From assembly GCA_964016885.1 (NCBI GenBank), contig OZ024745.1:74028001-74092000 (forward strand): a DNA stretch of 64,000 nucleotides. The letters are read 5' to 3'. How positions within the stretch are numbered: position 1 is the stretch's first letter; each line of letters begins with the position of its first letter. Below the pieces are notes generated by a model. That model searched no databases, had not been told where the DNA came from, and was given only the letters and a program-made list of their open reading frames with translations. Positions 1 through 14,253 of this stretch are shown here, piece by piece. The DNA is from Eledone cirrhosa. Taxonomy: Eukaryota. The position numbers and the translations under genes were made by a program.

Positions 1-739
1 TTCGATTTAACTTCGCTTTCTAAATTGTTTAATATTAACGTACTTACGGATTCCAAATAATAGGAGGGGTTGGAAAATCGATAACCTTTCTTGGTTGTCT
101 CCCTTGATTAAAAAAACAACAGAATTACTCGTTTAGGTTACATACTGATACCCCAACCCATCCTATTTATTTTATAACGTAGATTTATAGTAATGAAGTG
201 TCATGTGGAATGTTTTTTAATGTCTAAAGAAGATTAATTATCGCAGGAATGCTACCACTTAAAATAAATTTTCGCCGGAGATAGATTAGCAAAATTTAAT
301 AAGTGGGTGGACTGGAATAAGCGTGGGAAGGTTGGAAAAAATCTGAAAAATTAATAAGTGCGGGGATAGGGGGAATATTCGAGACACATGAGTATAGATT
401 TTCTTGTCAATATAAAATCGCTGCAAAAGAGACGAAGAATTTGTGTCAACTATGAAAAAACTTAGTGAATTTCGATGATACACCGAAGGATTCATTTAAA
501 AAAGAAAATAATTTTCCTTTATTTTGATTGTATGCTCATGAATAATATTAATATAGAGTGATTTATCTTATTATTGACATCAACACATAACATGTTGCAT
601 TATGAAACATTATATATAACGAATAAGCTCTCTTGCAGTACATTGAGCATTGTTTACCTTGATCTTTCATCTACGGATATCCTGTATATCCTGCATATAT
701 ATATGCAGGATTTATATATATATATATAACACACACACA

Positions 740-770
<31 letters not shown>

Positions 771-776
<6 letters not shown>

Positions 777-822
777 ATATATCTCTGTTTATCTCACTTT
801 TATATTCAATTATATCTATCTA

Positions 823-896
<74 letters not shown>

Positions 897-1151
897 TAAT
901 TGAATATAAAAGAGAGATAAACACAGATATATACATATATGTGTTCAAATCGTAAGGGACCAGATTCGCTAGGGTGAAACAATAGGGTTTGCCAGACTCA
1001 ATTTAAAAGAATAAATTTCTTTTCTTAATTTATTCTATTAAATTGAGCCTGGCTAACCCTCTTGTTCATAGTTAGTATTTTTTCCACCCTAGCAAATCTG
1101 GTCCCTTACGATTTGAACACATGTATGTATATATCTGTGTTTATCTCTCTT
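771..1151. repeat. Two overlapping imperfect palindromes (inverted triplication of a ~30-45 bp segment)
   Basis: 771-~826 is the reverse complement of ~885-938 across a (TA)n/(GA)n centre. 910-1015 is the reverse complement of 1028-1151 (e.g. gtgttcaaatcgtaagggaccagatt / aatctggtcccttacgatttgaacac). Confidence 0.85.
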
Positions 1152-1209
1152 TCCTTGAGCTATTTAATTGTAAGAGACTATTTTGAGTTTTTAACTCAAT
1201 ATATACCTT

Positions 1210-1284
<75 letters not shown>

Positions 1285-1932
1285 TGGAGGCTTAGTAAAA
1301 TCGAATCTTTGGCGGTGTGCAAGCAAATTCGACCTACGATATGAAAGAGTTAGCAAAGCACTCGACAAGGTAGGCCCTTAGAGTAATAACATACGTTTAA
1401 ATAGCTTGACAAATTGAACATTGTGGTAGGCAAAATCTAACACACAATACCAAAGTAACAAATGAACTAATATATATATGAGAGAGTTAAAATCCCGACC
1501 GCATTTATATAAATATATATATATATATATATGATGTCTGTATGTCCGTACGAGTTTATGTATATATATATATATATAGAATTGAATGTGAACCTGCTGA
1601 TGGATATTTTTTGAAAGTCATTAATACGAATGATTAAATAAATTTCACGCAATTGATCTTAATATATCAACGGTTCACGTGATAGCTAATTAGCATTACA
1701 TTCTGACGATATCTATTCAAGCGTTTTAACATTATCACAAACCAGATCACTAATGGTCGTTTGCAGTTCAATTTGATGCACATCGAAACTATCAAATCCT
1801 ATGTTAGACTCTCTTCTAAATCAAGAACCGTCTTCTAAAAATATAAATCGATAATTGCCAAAAGTTAATCATGAATTCTTTTCAACTTTATAAAAGAAAT
1901 GAAATCGATAAGAAAATATTCAATGCTAAACT

Positions 1933-2236
1933 GATACTATAGGCATGTGGTTAGAATGTCTGAGGAAAGAATTGCTGGACATATTTTAGGGGCAAAACCA
2001 ACCAGCAGGAAACCCAGGAGTAGACCCCGGAGAAAGATGGTTGGATAACATCCATGAGCTCAGCTGTTCTCGCTTGGGAATCCAGTAGGTTAAGTTGGAG
2101 ACAGTTGCTTCTGACAGCACCCACCGGAAGGAGTCTCTGGGGACTCTGTCTCTATGATTCTCCCAGGAATAAGTGGACAATGAAGAAGAAGAAGAAGAAG
2201 AAGAAGAAGAAGAAGAAGAAGAAGAAGAAGAAGAAG
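1933..2236 (+). mobile_element. RTE-clade LINE 3' end fragment with (GAA)n tail
   Basis: Reads RYYRHVVRMSEERIAGHILGAKPTSRKPRSRP, matching the RTE C-terminal GHVxRM...GxRPRGRP motif. Ends in (GAA)n. Related copies lie at 6195, 12980 and 28967. Confidence 0.75.
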
Positions 2237-3209
2237 CCAAAAAATCATTTAGTATTTTCTATCAGTTGACTGTGTTTTAAAATACATTGCTTCCATACGT
2301 ATTTGCGAATACTTTTTTTACAATTAAGCAAGTATACATGCTAAAGTGCAAGGCCAAATTTCCTTCCCCCTCTCTCTGATCTTTAGAAGCAGGCATATTA
2401 TTCCTAAATAGGGTAACTCCTCGGAACTTTCTATTTTACTATCACACATACTTCCAATATCTTAAATGGGGTACAGACAGCTATTAATGACACAATTCTC
2501 TATGATATCGAATCTCTTTGGCAAAATCAATGGTAATACGCTCTAGATTAGCTATACGTTCTACAATGTTGGCATGAGAAAGGCCTGTAAAAATCTTCCC
2601 ACGTATAGGCTTTATCAGTCTCTGACCTCAGAAGGCACAAATAAATTACTACAGCCGTCGCTTCTAGGGTCCTAGCTGTGGGGGCCCCGGGAAATGACGT
2701 CATTTGCCACCCATTAAATCTGGCCATTGACACCTGTAATACAAGCACCAGCATATCCGCACATATATCTATATATACGTCCGGCCTCACTCACAAATCA
2801 CCGGAACTATCTTCACGCAATAAAAAAGCTTGTCATTTTCTTAGTGAGTGGTTATAAGAAACTAAAACAGAACTCAACGAAAATCATACATACACATATA
2901 CTCATGTTTATAGACCTATCTAAATCTATGTTTATGTGTATATATTTCAGACGTCTATTTCAAGTGGTCATTAGGCGATTTGTAATGGTGTTATAAAGTC
3001 AGTCATAGTTCAAAAAGCAAAATAAAATCGTTATTTCAGTTTTATGTTCATATGTGAACATTACATTACATTCCTTTGTAGTGGTCGTTTCATCGTTCGC
3101 TAAGTGTTATCTAGTTATCTAAAGTTGGCGGTATTGTATGTCAGTAGAAAGTCACTATCCTGCAAAATAAGCCATTTTAACACGTAACACACACGCAAAA
3201 ACACATACC

Positions 3210-3296
<87 letters not shown>

Positions 3297-3385
3297 ATAA
3301 GGTGAACAGAAAAAAATCCCAAAATATCAAAACAAACGGCACAGTACATGGAAGAAACATATTAGTTTAACACTTGAAATATATG

Positions 3386-3524
<139 letters not shown>

Positions 3525-4139
3525 TTACATATATATATATATGTATATATGTATGTATAGGGTAGGTGGTTCAGGCACAGTGTATATATTAGCAAAAAAC
3601 GAGGAAGTTTAGTTTACATGTAAAATATATTTGTTGTGCTTCGCGCGTTTCGCAGAGAATTGGCTCAAGGAATTATGGACTCTACTCCACTATCAATCTA
3701 CACTTCAGACTGGTGATGTGACAAAAAAAAAAAGAATATTTTTTTGCTGTGGTTTGTGAGATAATGGGTGTATATATAAGCATCGGCCCTATGTTTTTGT
3801 GTGTGGGTGTATGTGGGTATTGTAGTGTAATTTCTAATATGTATATATATATATGTATATGTATATATATATATATGTATATGTATATATATGTATATAT
3901 ATATATATATATATATGTATATAGTATTTACGTATCGAGAAAGAGAGAAAAAGGAGTGATAGGTGATACATATAGTTATTTGCCAAGTAGCGTATGCCAA
4001 AGGTGCTCGATACTAGTGCCGGCAGTATTAAATATTCGAAGTGTTAATATTTAGTGGGCTAGAGAGTTAGCAGAGCGTAAGCACGTGGGAAAGTAAAAAA
4101 TCCGAGAATAGACCGTTAAAACATGTTTATTTAAAATAT

Positions 4140-4179
4140 CACCTACGTACGTTTCGCCCAGTTGGGCTTCTCAAGGGCA
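4140..4179 (-). ncRNA. Minimal type I hammerhead ribozyme variant (Penelope pLTR-type)
   Basis: Minus strand tgcc-CTTGAGAA-GCCC aact GGGC-GAAAC gtac GTA-ggtg: 4-bp stem II, palindromic stem III, 4-bp stem I with G-U pairs, AATAAA just downstream. The core is the CUUGA variant, not CUGANGA. Confidence 0.6.
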
Positions 4180-4505
4180 TAAATAATCACAAATGTTCCT
4201 TATATAGTTCGGAAAGAGTGTTGGGGGTTAAATCTACATCAAGATTCATTGCTCGCAAAAATATCTTGTTTTGATTTTGCAGCAGGTCAAGGGAGGTAAC
4301 TCTGGCCGGTGTTAGGGCAGTCTTTCCCGGATAATTTTTTTTTTTTTTTTTTTTGCCGCATCCGTTTGTCTGAGGCTGGGTCTGGTATTCAAGGATTGTT
4401 TTCTGGGTGTTATTTTGCTGCGCCTGCCCGCCGGGGTGTTAAGGCTTGTTGCAGGGAGATCCAGTGTACTATTTCACTCTTCATTCTTAACCCATCTAAA
4501 GATAT

Positions 4506-4876
<371 letters not shown>

Positions 4877-6194
4877 CTGGTTTGTTAACAGAGTTTCTAC
4901 AATGTTCTACTGAGTACACCTATAGATTTTTAGCAAACAGTATAAACATATTCGGGGAAACAAAAATATACCCAAAAACAAAATCCTATAGTTACATATG
5001 AAATGTTTTTATTTAAAAGCTTTCATCAAGAGTATCAGCAAAATCTTCTATGATATCCAGCATGAGAATATTTGACAACTATTATCCACTTAAATACTAC
5101 TCTTAAAACTAATTGCTATTATTAAGAATTAATTTTACAAAGCATTCATTTCAGAAAATGTCCAAGGAGCCCTTTCTGAACTGCAATCAATCTTCTGCTT
5201 CAAAATGCAGTTTTTCTTTGTTATTTTCAATCTCTTTACATGCAGTAAGCCTCCACGTTCGCAAGAGGCTTGTATAGAATTCATTTTTTAACATTGATTA
5301 ACAGCGAATCACTGAAGGCATATACACCACTAACAATTCGTTTTAACAAAACACTTTAAAAATAGATACGCATTAAACAGATTTGAAACACAATAACACA
5401 TTATCTCTTAATCAATTTTAAAGAACCAATTTTCATAAAGATGATATGATTTCAATTCAAGATTCTAGAAATATTTCAGTACAGCAAGTTGTGTCAACTC
5501 TTTTTAAAGTTTATACTACATTGTCAAGTACGAAACATTTTGCCCCGATGATGTATTCACCACTACCTAAATAATAATAATTAACACCCGTTACCTTTCA
5601 TAAAGTATTTGGCACTCTAATATACTAACAAGTCCCAACACTCATTGTTTTATATTTTACTAAAAGTAGCCCCTTCGAATAAGGTGTATCAATTTTCAGA
5701 AATGTGTAATTTGTTAATAACACATGAATATGACTTAGAAGTTCCCCGGGTAAATTTGTGATAATGTAAAATAAATACTTTAGTTCTTATATATAACAAT
5801 GGATTGGATCATAAACTTTGATTATGTTATTTTAGGAAGAATGGAAAAAGTGAACCGTATCAAAACAAATTGGAATTGTGGACAATGGTAATTCTCTCAA
5901 AGGAAAAAGAAAGAAAAAATATCAATTGCATCTTTTGCAACATTCTATTAATAGTATTTTCATTTAAGGGACGGTATTCTGTTAATACGATATATCTACA
6001 ATGACTGAAACTTAGAGAATTTATATAAATAATTACTTGGCAAATACAGAACGATGAACACTATTGATTATAGTAAACCAACAACCCAACTTCAGTTTTT
6101 TCAGTTTTTATTTCAAATTTTACACTTTTCGGCATTAATGCTTTTAAGTGGGGTTTGAAGATAATATAATCGCCTTCCTTTAAATATTTATATT

Positions 6195-6530
6195 GCTCCG
6201 AAGAGTCTTCGAAGTAACGTTACATATAGAGAATCTACGTCTCCGAATTGGGAGATCACAGCTCCTATACTATAGGTATGTGGTTAGAACGCTTCAGTAA
6301 AGCATCGCTAAACAGATTTTATGAGTAAAACCAACCAATGGGAGATCCAGGTATAGTCCCCGAGCACAATGGCTGGATAACGTCCATGAGTTTGGCTGGT
6401 CTCGCTTGAGGATACAGCCGGATCAATTGGAAATGGTTATTTCAGACAAGACCCGCTGGAAGGAGTGTTTAAGGACTCTGCCCTCACGACCCTCTCACCA
6501 ATAAGTGGGCAAAGAAGAATAGAAGAGCTA
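6195..6530 (+). mobile_element. RTE-clade LINE 3' fragment (same family as 1933-2236)
   Basis: Shares tactataggtatgtggttagaa...ggataacgtccatgag...aataagtggg and a short GAA-type tail. Confidence 0.7.
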
Positions 6531-7875
6531 TTTATGAAATAAACAAACAAAGAGAGTCAAGTGAGGAGGGGATTTAGATACTCAGTTTTTCCTAATAACT
6601 GCGTCAATGGCGTCCTGAAAAAATACCATGTCTCTGAATATAATTTGCTTCTCTTCAAAATCTATGAACGTTTTCATGTGAAAAAAATAAAATTTAGATA
6701 TCTAACGCATTGGATTCCCTGACTTCAACTACTGATTTTGTATCCAACAGCAAACAGTAAGCAGTTTTCTTGTGTAATAATTCACTGAACATAATATAAT
6801 TACTGTAAGTTGGCACAAACAATAGAAAACTGTAAAGGAAAATTGTGTAAAGCAAGAATTCCAAAAATTAGGTGCTACACTCTTGTAATACGATTTGTGT
6901 TGGAATTATCTGGAGTTTTATCAGTTTATAGTCATTAGTAACTTATTATTTCAGGTTCTCCTGTCATATTCCTCACTAATATTTATATTTATTATATTCA
7001 TTTTCTCGTGTGTGTTGAGAATTGTGAAAAGTAACAATGTAAGACTCTATTGCTGCAAACGGTAAGGAATTGTTGACATTAATATTGTTTGACAGACACA
7101 GGCGGGATATTATATAATTAAATGAAGAGACCGGAACATTAATTTTGACAGATTCTTCATTTTCGAGCTGGAAGCTTTGTAAAAATACGCCTTGCATTTA
7201 AAATGACATTTACAATCGACTACTATGACAATAACAGTTATCATTATTATTGTTGTCTTCCTTTTGTCGACGAATTTATTGTTGCCCACGTTGGAAGGAA
7301 ATCTTGTTACACTAAAATAGCATTGTAATTGTTTTATAACTATTCTGAGAATATCACTCCAGTCACCACCCACTGAGGAATCAGAAAAAATAAAGACTCT
7401 AAAAAAGTAAAAGACAAAATTTATTAGCGTAGTGATTTAATTATGCGGGCGCTAACTTCGTTAGCAAATGCAGATTTTTTAGAAATGTGTAATTAATTTA
7501 GTCAACAGAAGAAAAATATCTTCCAATTTATAACGTTAATGATGTACACGGAAATGAAGGTGCTAAGAAAAAGAGAGTGAAAGAATGAACGACGGAAAAA
7601 GATATAATTGCTAGAAATTGAAGGAAAAGCAGAACTTTGAACACTTCTTTTCTCCCTGCGTTTTGTTAGGATAGCATTTCAAAGCTCATTAAGTCTATTG
7701 TCAATGTTAATTACATATAAAAATGAAACTCCGGGGTTAAATTATTTTTGTTGTGTTATGATCAATTCTTTTTGTTTGATGAATTGGTGGGAAATAGGGA
7801 ATACGATTTCTCAATATTTCAATATATTGTAGTTTATCGATACCTATAATTTAGTTTCACTGGTGTGACGATATA

Positions 7876-8333
7876 CAATTGCTCCTATTATAGGTACAAG
7901 GCCAGCAATTTGAAGGGGAGAGGAAAGTCAATTAAGTCGACCCTATTGCATTACTGGTGCTTTATTTATCAACCGCATAAGAATGAAAGACAAAGCTAAC
8001 ATCCGCGGGATTTGAACTCGGAACGTAAAGGGGCGTAACACTATCCCACGATGCATGGTGTTCGACGCTCTACCGATACTGCCAATCCACCACTCTTGTG
8101 TGACGATATATAATAATTTCTACTATAGGCACAAGGCCAGCAATTTTGGGGGGAGGGGAAAATCAATTAAATCGACCCTAATGCATTACTGGTGCTTTAT
8201 TTTATCAACTCCGTAAGGATGAAAAGCAAAGATAACCTCGGTGGGATTTAAACTCAGAATGCAAAGGGCCGTAACTCTACGCTACGATGCATGGTATTCG
8301 ATGTTCTATCGATACTGCCAATCCACCACCCTT
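7876..8333 (-). mobile_element. Two tandem tRNA-derived SINE copies
   Basis: Each has an A-box-like head (tggcagtatcgg/tcga), a B-box-like gagtt(c/t)aaatccc and a gctggccttgt 3' end on the minus strand. They are separated and flanked by gtgtgacgatata at 7863, 8098 and 8334. Confidence 0.85.
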
Positions 8334-8553
8334 GTGTGACGATATAAAATGATAACAAATTCCTAAAGATAGTCAATGAGGATATATTACCTTTCTGTTC
8401 CTGTGTAAAACGCATCTAGAAACACTTTTTTTCTTATGAATGTATTATAATATTGTGGAGAAATTTCTTGAATGTTCAGAATGGTGTTCTATCCTTGGTA
8501 ATTTCTACTGTAGCTTTTAATTCGTTATTCTTCCTTCATTCACCAAGATACTC

Positions 8554-8638
<85 letters not shown>

Positions 8639-9717
8639 CTCCACTCTCAAAAGCGTGAACCTAATCTATTTATTAATTTCAAGAACGTCAGTATTCCGTG
8701 TGTCATAATTCTCGATTATCATTGGTTCATACGTTTCAAACGACTCCGCCCACCTCAACGACGCCAAACTTAAATTAATATGCATAATGCCAATGAGGGA
8801 GTGAGACGGGAGAGAGAGAGGGAAAGTGAACGCTGTGTTTGGATACTCTATGTATATGTGTGAGTGTAGAGACATGTGTGATGTGTGTGGAAATAAGAGG
8901 GGAAGGAAAGCAATAACTATTAACATGTGTGCGTGTGTATGTACGTGCGCGTATGTTTATGTGTGTGCGTGCGTGCAGCGTTCCACAGAAAGTAAAAACT
9001 ATCAACATGTGTGAGTGTGTGCGTGTGTGTAAGTGCACGGGTGCGTGTGTAAGTTTGCGTGCATGTGCGCGTTTCCATGCATGTATGTGTGTGTACGTGC
9101 GGTATCCCACAATCGCCACGCAGTTTATCTGTCTGTGTGCCTGTCTGTCAGTCTAACAGACACAGAGTTGTAAGGGAGTAAATAGGGACCTTTTTTTACA
9201 TTGACAGACATATTTTATACAAATTATCTATATCTATATCTACATATATTATAAAAGATTGGAACTTCCATCATCCTTTTGAGAAACGTGAAACAACCAC
9301 GTCTATGCAATGATACACGTTTTACAGTCAGGCAGAAGATGAACCATCTCCTAGAGGTCACTGTTCTATGTGAGAGCACCTAGAATTGTTCATATACTAT
9401 GCACAAACGGTTCAACGAAGAATCTGGTATATCTGGAAGATTTTTTTTTACTGTTTTTTGTATCACACAGACACCACGGACTCACCTCATACTGTAACGA
9501 GACAAACATCCAATACAGTCATTTTCTCTTTTACCTGTCTTCTCTTATCATCTGTTTACCCGGGCGAAGCTGGGTACGTCAGATAGTAAACTACTATTTG
9601 TACTGCCTCTCTGTTTTTGTTCCTGTCTAATATATATATAACAAAGGAATTGTGGTAAGCAACCAGATGGATGCACCAGAGTACTCAATACTTAGGGTAG
9701 TAGAGTGGGAAATATGA

Positions 9718-9798
9718 AAAAGTATGACCCCGACGGTAGAGCTCAACCGTTTCGACTGGTCGAAACGGCTTGAGCTCTGCCGTCGGGGTCATACTTTT
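9718..9798. repeat. Near-perfect ~40-bp-arm hairpin
   Basis: aaaagtatgaccccgacggtagagctcaaccgtttcgac-tg-gtcgaaacggcttgagctctgccgtcggggtcatactttt, with one mismatch and one bulge. Confidence 0.9.
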
Positions 9799-9821
9799 CC
9801 CTATATATATATATGAATATA

Positions 9822-9935
<114 letters not shown>

Positions 9936-10165
9936 TAGATTAGATGAGTTGGTAATAGAACTATATAAGGTAGACATATATTCAATGTGATTTTATTATC
10001 CGCAGTAAAATTGGCAAAGGACATTTCCGAGTTTAATCTAATTTGTAAATTTCCAGTAATATTAGTTATACAACATCACAGAGCATATATAAAATAAATA
10101 AATAAATAACCAAAGTTTAATTCATAAATAATGTATTAATTCTTGGTTATATATTTATTCATTTT

Positions 10166-10197
<32 letters not shown>

Positions 10198-10224
10198 GTA
10201 TATATTCATATACATATATATATG

Positions 10225-10273
<49 letters not shown>

Positions 10274-10274
10274 A

Positions 10275-10334
<60 letters not shown>

Positions 10335-10362
10335 CATATACACATATATATGTCTCTCTCTC

Positions 10363-10397
<35 letters not shown>

Positions 10398-10398
10398 C

Positions 10399-10439
<41 letters not shown>

Positions 10440-10594
10440 GTCTATAAATATATATATATAGGTATGTCAGACACCAATTTATTTTATCTGATGTCGACGT
10501 ACTGATGAATAGCTGAGTACCTCTGAAATATGTATAATAAAATACTTTGATCACATCACATACATGAATGTCTATATCTATTAATATTTTGAAG

Positions 10595-10673
<79 letters not shown>

Positions 10674-10832
10674 GGGATACTATTTATGGTTATGTATATA
10701 TTAAAACCTTTTATAGTTATGTATATTTTAAACCCTAAACAGTGAATGTCAGTAATTTATTACTACCTTATTACCAGTAAGATAAATAGCTCAATGTAAT
10801 AACATCAGTTGTTCTACAGAGCAGTTATATAG

Positions 10833-11505
10833 AATTCACAAGAATCAAAGCTATGTTCAAAGCATTTATTCACTTACAATTGTTTCATCCAAACCTATGC
10901 TAGGAGTCTTCGGAGTGTATGCGTTAGTTACACGTGGAGCATGCAAGTGTGTCTCATTTTTATACTATTATTGTGTGGCAGGGTGTTACAAGTAATGCAA
11001 GCACTTTAAGCGGGTAAGCAAGATTATTATGGTGGTTGTAGTGGTAAGGTACACTACAACCACCATAATAATCTTGCTTACCCGCTTAAAGTGCTTGCAA
11101 TTACGTGTAACACCCTGCCACACAATAATAGTATAAAAATGAGACACACTTGCATGCTCCACGTGTAACTAACGCATACACTACCTACTAGACCTGACTA
11201 TCAAACTATCCTCTTGCATTATCTGTGTTATCTGCCGAATGTATTTTAATTTTGATTTTTATTTTGATTTTGAATTTGATTTTGATTTTTAATTTGAATT
11301 GCTGTACAAAAATAGTATAGTATAATATATGTCACTCCACTGTACATAAATATATATATATGTATCTGTATGTCTCTTGCGTTGGAAAGGAGGGCAATTA
11401 TGTGTACAAACATTCAAAAATGCTCCGAAGAATCCAAGCCTAGGTTTGGATGAAACAATTGTAAGTGAATAAATGATTTGAACATAGCTTTGATTCTTGT
11501 GAATT
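10833..11505. mobile_element. Fold-back Penelope-like pLTR remnant: 130-bp inner palindrome plus ~83-bp outer inverted repeat
   Basis: 10914-11043 pairs with 11052-11182, and 10833-10915 pairs with 11423-11505. The outer arms contain a hammerhead motif followed by AATAAA. Confidence 0.7.
11421..11467 (+). ncRNA. Minimal type I hammerhead ribozyme motif (CCGAAGA core variant); inverted degenerate copy at ~10871-10917
   Basis: tgct-CCGAAGA-ATCCAAGC ctag GTTTGGAT-GAAAC aatt GTA-agtg-AATAAA: 8-bp stem II, palindromic stem III, 4-bp stem I. Confidence 0.65.
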
Positions 11506-11598
11506 ATATATATATATTTATAAATGTCTATAAATATATAGATATACACATTGCAATTCAATACTCAACTTCCACCACCGCCTTCTAATCACGTGATG

Positions 11599-11699
<101 letters not shown>

Positions 11700-11702
11700 A
11701 TA

Positions 11703-12358
11703 TACGAAGTTTGTCAGAAAAAAGGGTAGTGTGTTGTGTGAGCTATGAGTAGGGTAGGGTTTAGAGGGTAGCGTGACTGTGTGACATAAAATCTAGGGAG
11801 CATATAACTGCGATCTCAGCCCTCTGGGTCCATTGTATGGTTTTTCATGTGCTTTGATTAACAGTTCCTCAATTTTATGCCGTCGAGCGATGGGCACAGA
11901 GCAACGAATCAATATGAAGTTTCCGGTCTAGCTGCGGAATACCCCGTCAGGAGCACTCGGAGGTGAGACGAAGTCGCTCTCATGGGTTTTCGAGTGACAG
12001 AAGAGGCTCAAAGAGGGGCGCGAATTTGTGGAAGATACCCCAGGAGCGGAATGACTTCAAAGAGCAGGGAAGGACTGAGGCCAACGTTGAACACAGGTGG
12101 TACCTGTCGATCGTCAGCTGATAGTTGGACTGATCGCAAGTGAGTGGGGCATGAACCACAATAGCATTTGGAAGTTTATCACCGAAAATTTGGGCTGACA
12201 GAATATCTGTGCAATGATGGTGCCGAAGCTGCTGAACGATGACCAGACGAAGCGGCACATTCATTTGTGTGACGATATCTGTGAGCGTTTTGAAACCGAA
12301 CTAAATATATATATATATATTAAGACCCGAGCCCTGTTTCTTTTTTGACACACCAATA
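11703..12358 (+). mobile_element. Internally deleted Tc1/mariner DNA transposon relic
   Basis: Degenerate transposase segments EQRINMKF, WVFE*QKRLKEGREFVED and ENLG*QNICAMMVPKLLNDDQ (WVPxxL linker). Imperfect TIRs tacgaagtttgtcagaaaaa / ttttttgacacaccaata with TA ends. Confidence 0.8.
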
Positions 12359-12979
12359 ATATATGTTGTTTTTCTTCAACAAATACATAAACACAGACAT
12401 GGTTTTTAAACGCATAAAATGTCAGACGAACACTCACATTTTCAGAACTTTCTTTCTTCTCCTCACTCTTTCTGTCTTTCTATCTTCTCGACTTTCATGT
12501 GCTTCCAAATGCTCAAAGAGAATAGCAAACTTTCCATCAACAATCATTGACTACTGTTTATGTAGGTAGTTGATGAACACAGAAAATAATTAAATAGTTG
12601 TTATTCCAGCTAACTTCGAAAAACTAAAATGATTTTGAATTTGCTTTCACTTTCAGCAAGACATAAAAGTCTTATAGTACGATTTGTTATATAGTAATGC
12701 AATTTTTCAATTACCTTATACTAAAAGCTGGTTTACGCCGAAGCCATTCAGGCACTGCCGTATGTAAAGTATTCAATTATTTTTAATGCAGGAAAGTATC
12801 ATTTATCCCAAATGGGAAAACTTAAGGTAACTTAAATATCAAACTATGATCCAAGACACAAATCTCTTATGAGTCAAAAGACTCTATTACGTTCGATGGC
12901 GTTTATTTCCATCAATTACATACTTTATCACAAATATTCCTTGTGTTTCACCCAAACTTCTCGTTTATATTTATGGTTA

Positions 12980-13597
<618 letters not shown>

Positions 13598-14195
13598 TTT
13601 CTACTGCTTTTATTGCTATCAATGGAAAAGGGGAAAAGTAAAATATTAAAATGTTACAATTAAATAAATTAAGATCCCCGACATATTATAAAACTCTCCA
13701 CTACACTATGTGAGGACCAATAAAATAGTTAGTTATATCTTTTTCACATTTTTGGTTAATCCTTCTTTTTATACCTTCGTTAATGATTTAAAATCAACTT
13801 GCAACCAGATGGTATATTAAGACAAGAATATAATTTACGTACTTAAAACGTCTAACGAGTGAACACAGACACACTAAAACTTTATTATGAGAGAGTGATT
13901 GTTGAAATAGGAAAACGCTTTAACCACGCGGCTGTTACTTATTAATGAACATACTTTATCTGCAATGTTCTCACTTATTGCATTACACAGTTGCCATCAA
14001 ATAACGAAAAGCAATTTATCAATATTTCAGCATCTAATAATTCAATTTTAAAGTAAATAACTAATTAAATTTCGAAATAAAATTTATGGAAATTTCTCAC
14101 TAAAATGCTATTTGTATAATCATTTCTATCATTTGTTTTTAAAAAATTGCCTCATATATTTCCCTTTATATATAATAATAATATATATATATATA

Positions 14196-14253
<58 letters not shown>

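Noticed and set aside
2528-2730. GC-rich patch ending ttaaatctggccattg as a MITE
   Set aside because: No convincing matching left TIR or TSD.
3625-3715. Possible hammerhead on the minus strand (GAAACGCGCG)
   Set aside because: No recognisable CUGANGA core and the cleavage triplet is absent.
4920-5750. Possible host exons in unique AT-rich sequence
   Set aside because: No sustained ORF or recognisable motif. Small exons cannot be excluded without RNA-seq.
7863-8346. CRISPR-like repeat-spacer pattern
   Set aside because: The 13-bp repeats flank homologous SINEs, the context is eukaryotic and there are no cas genes.
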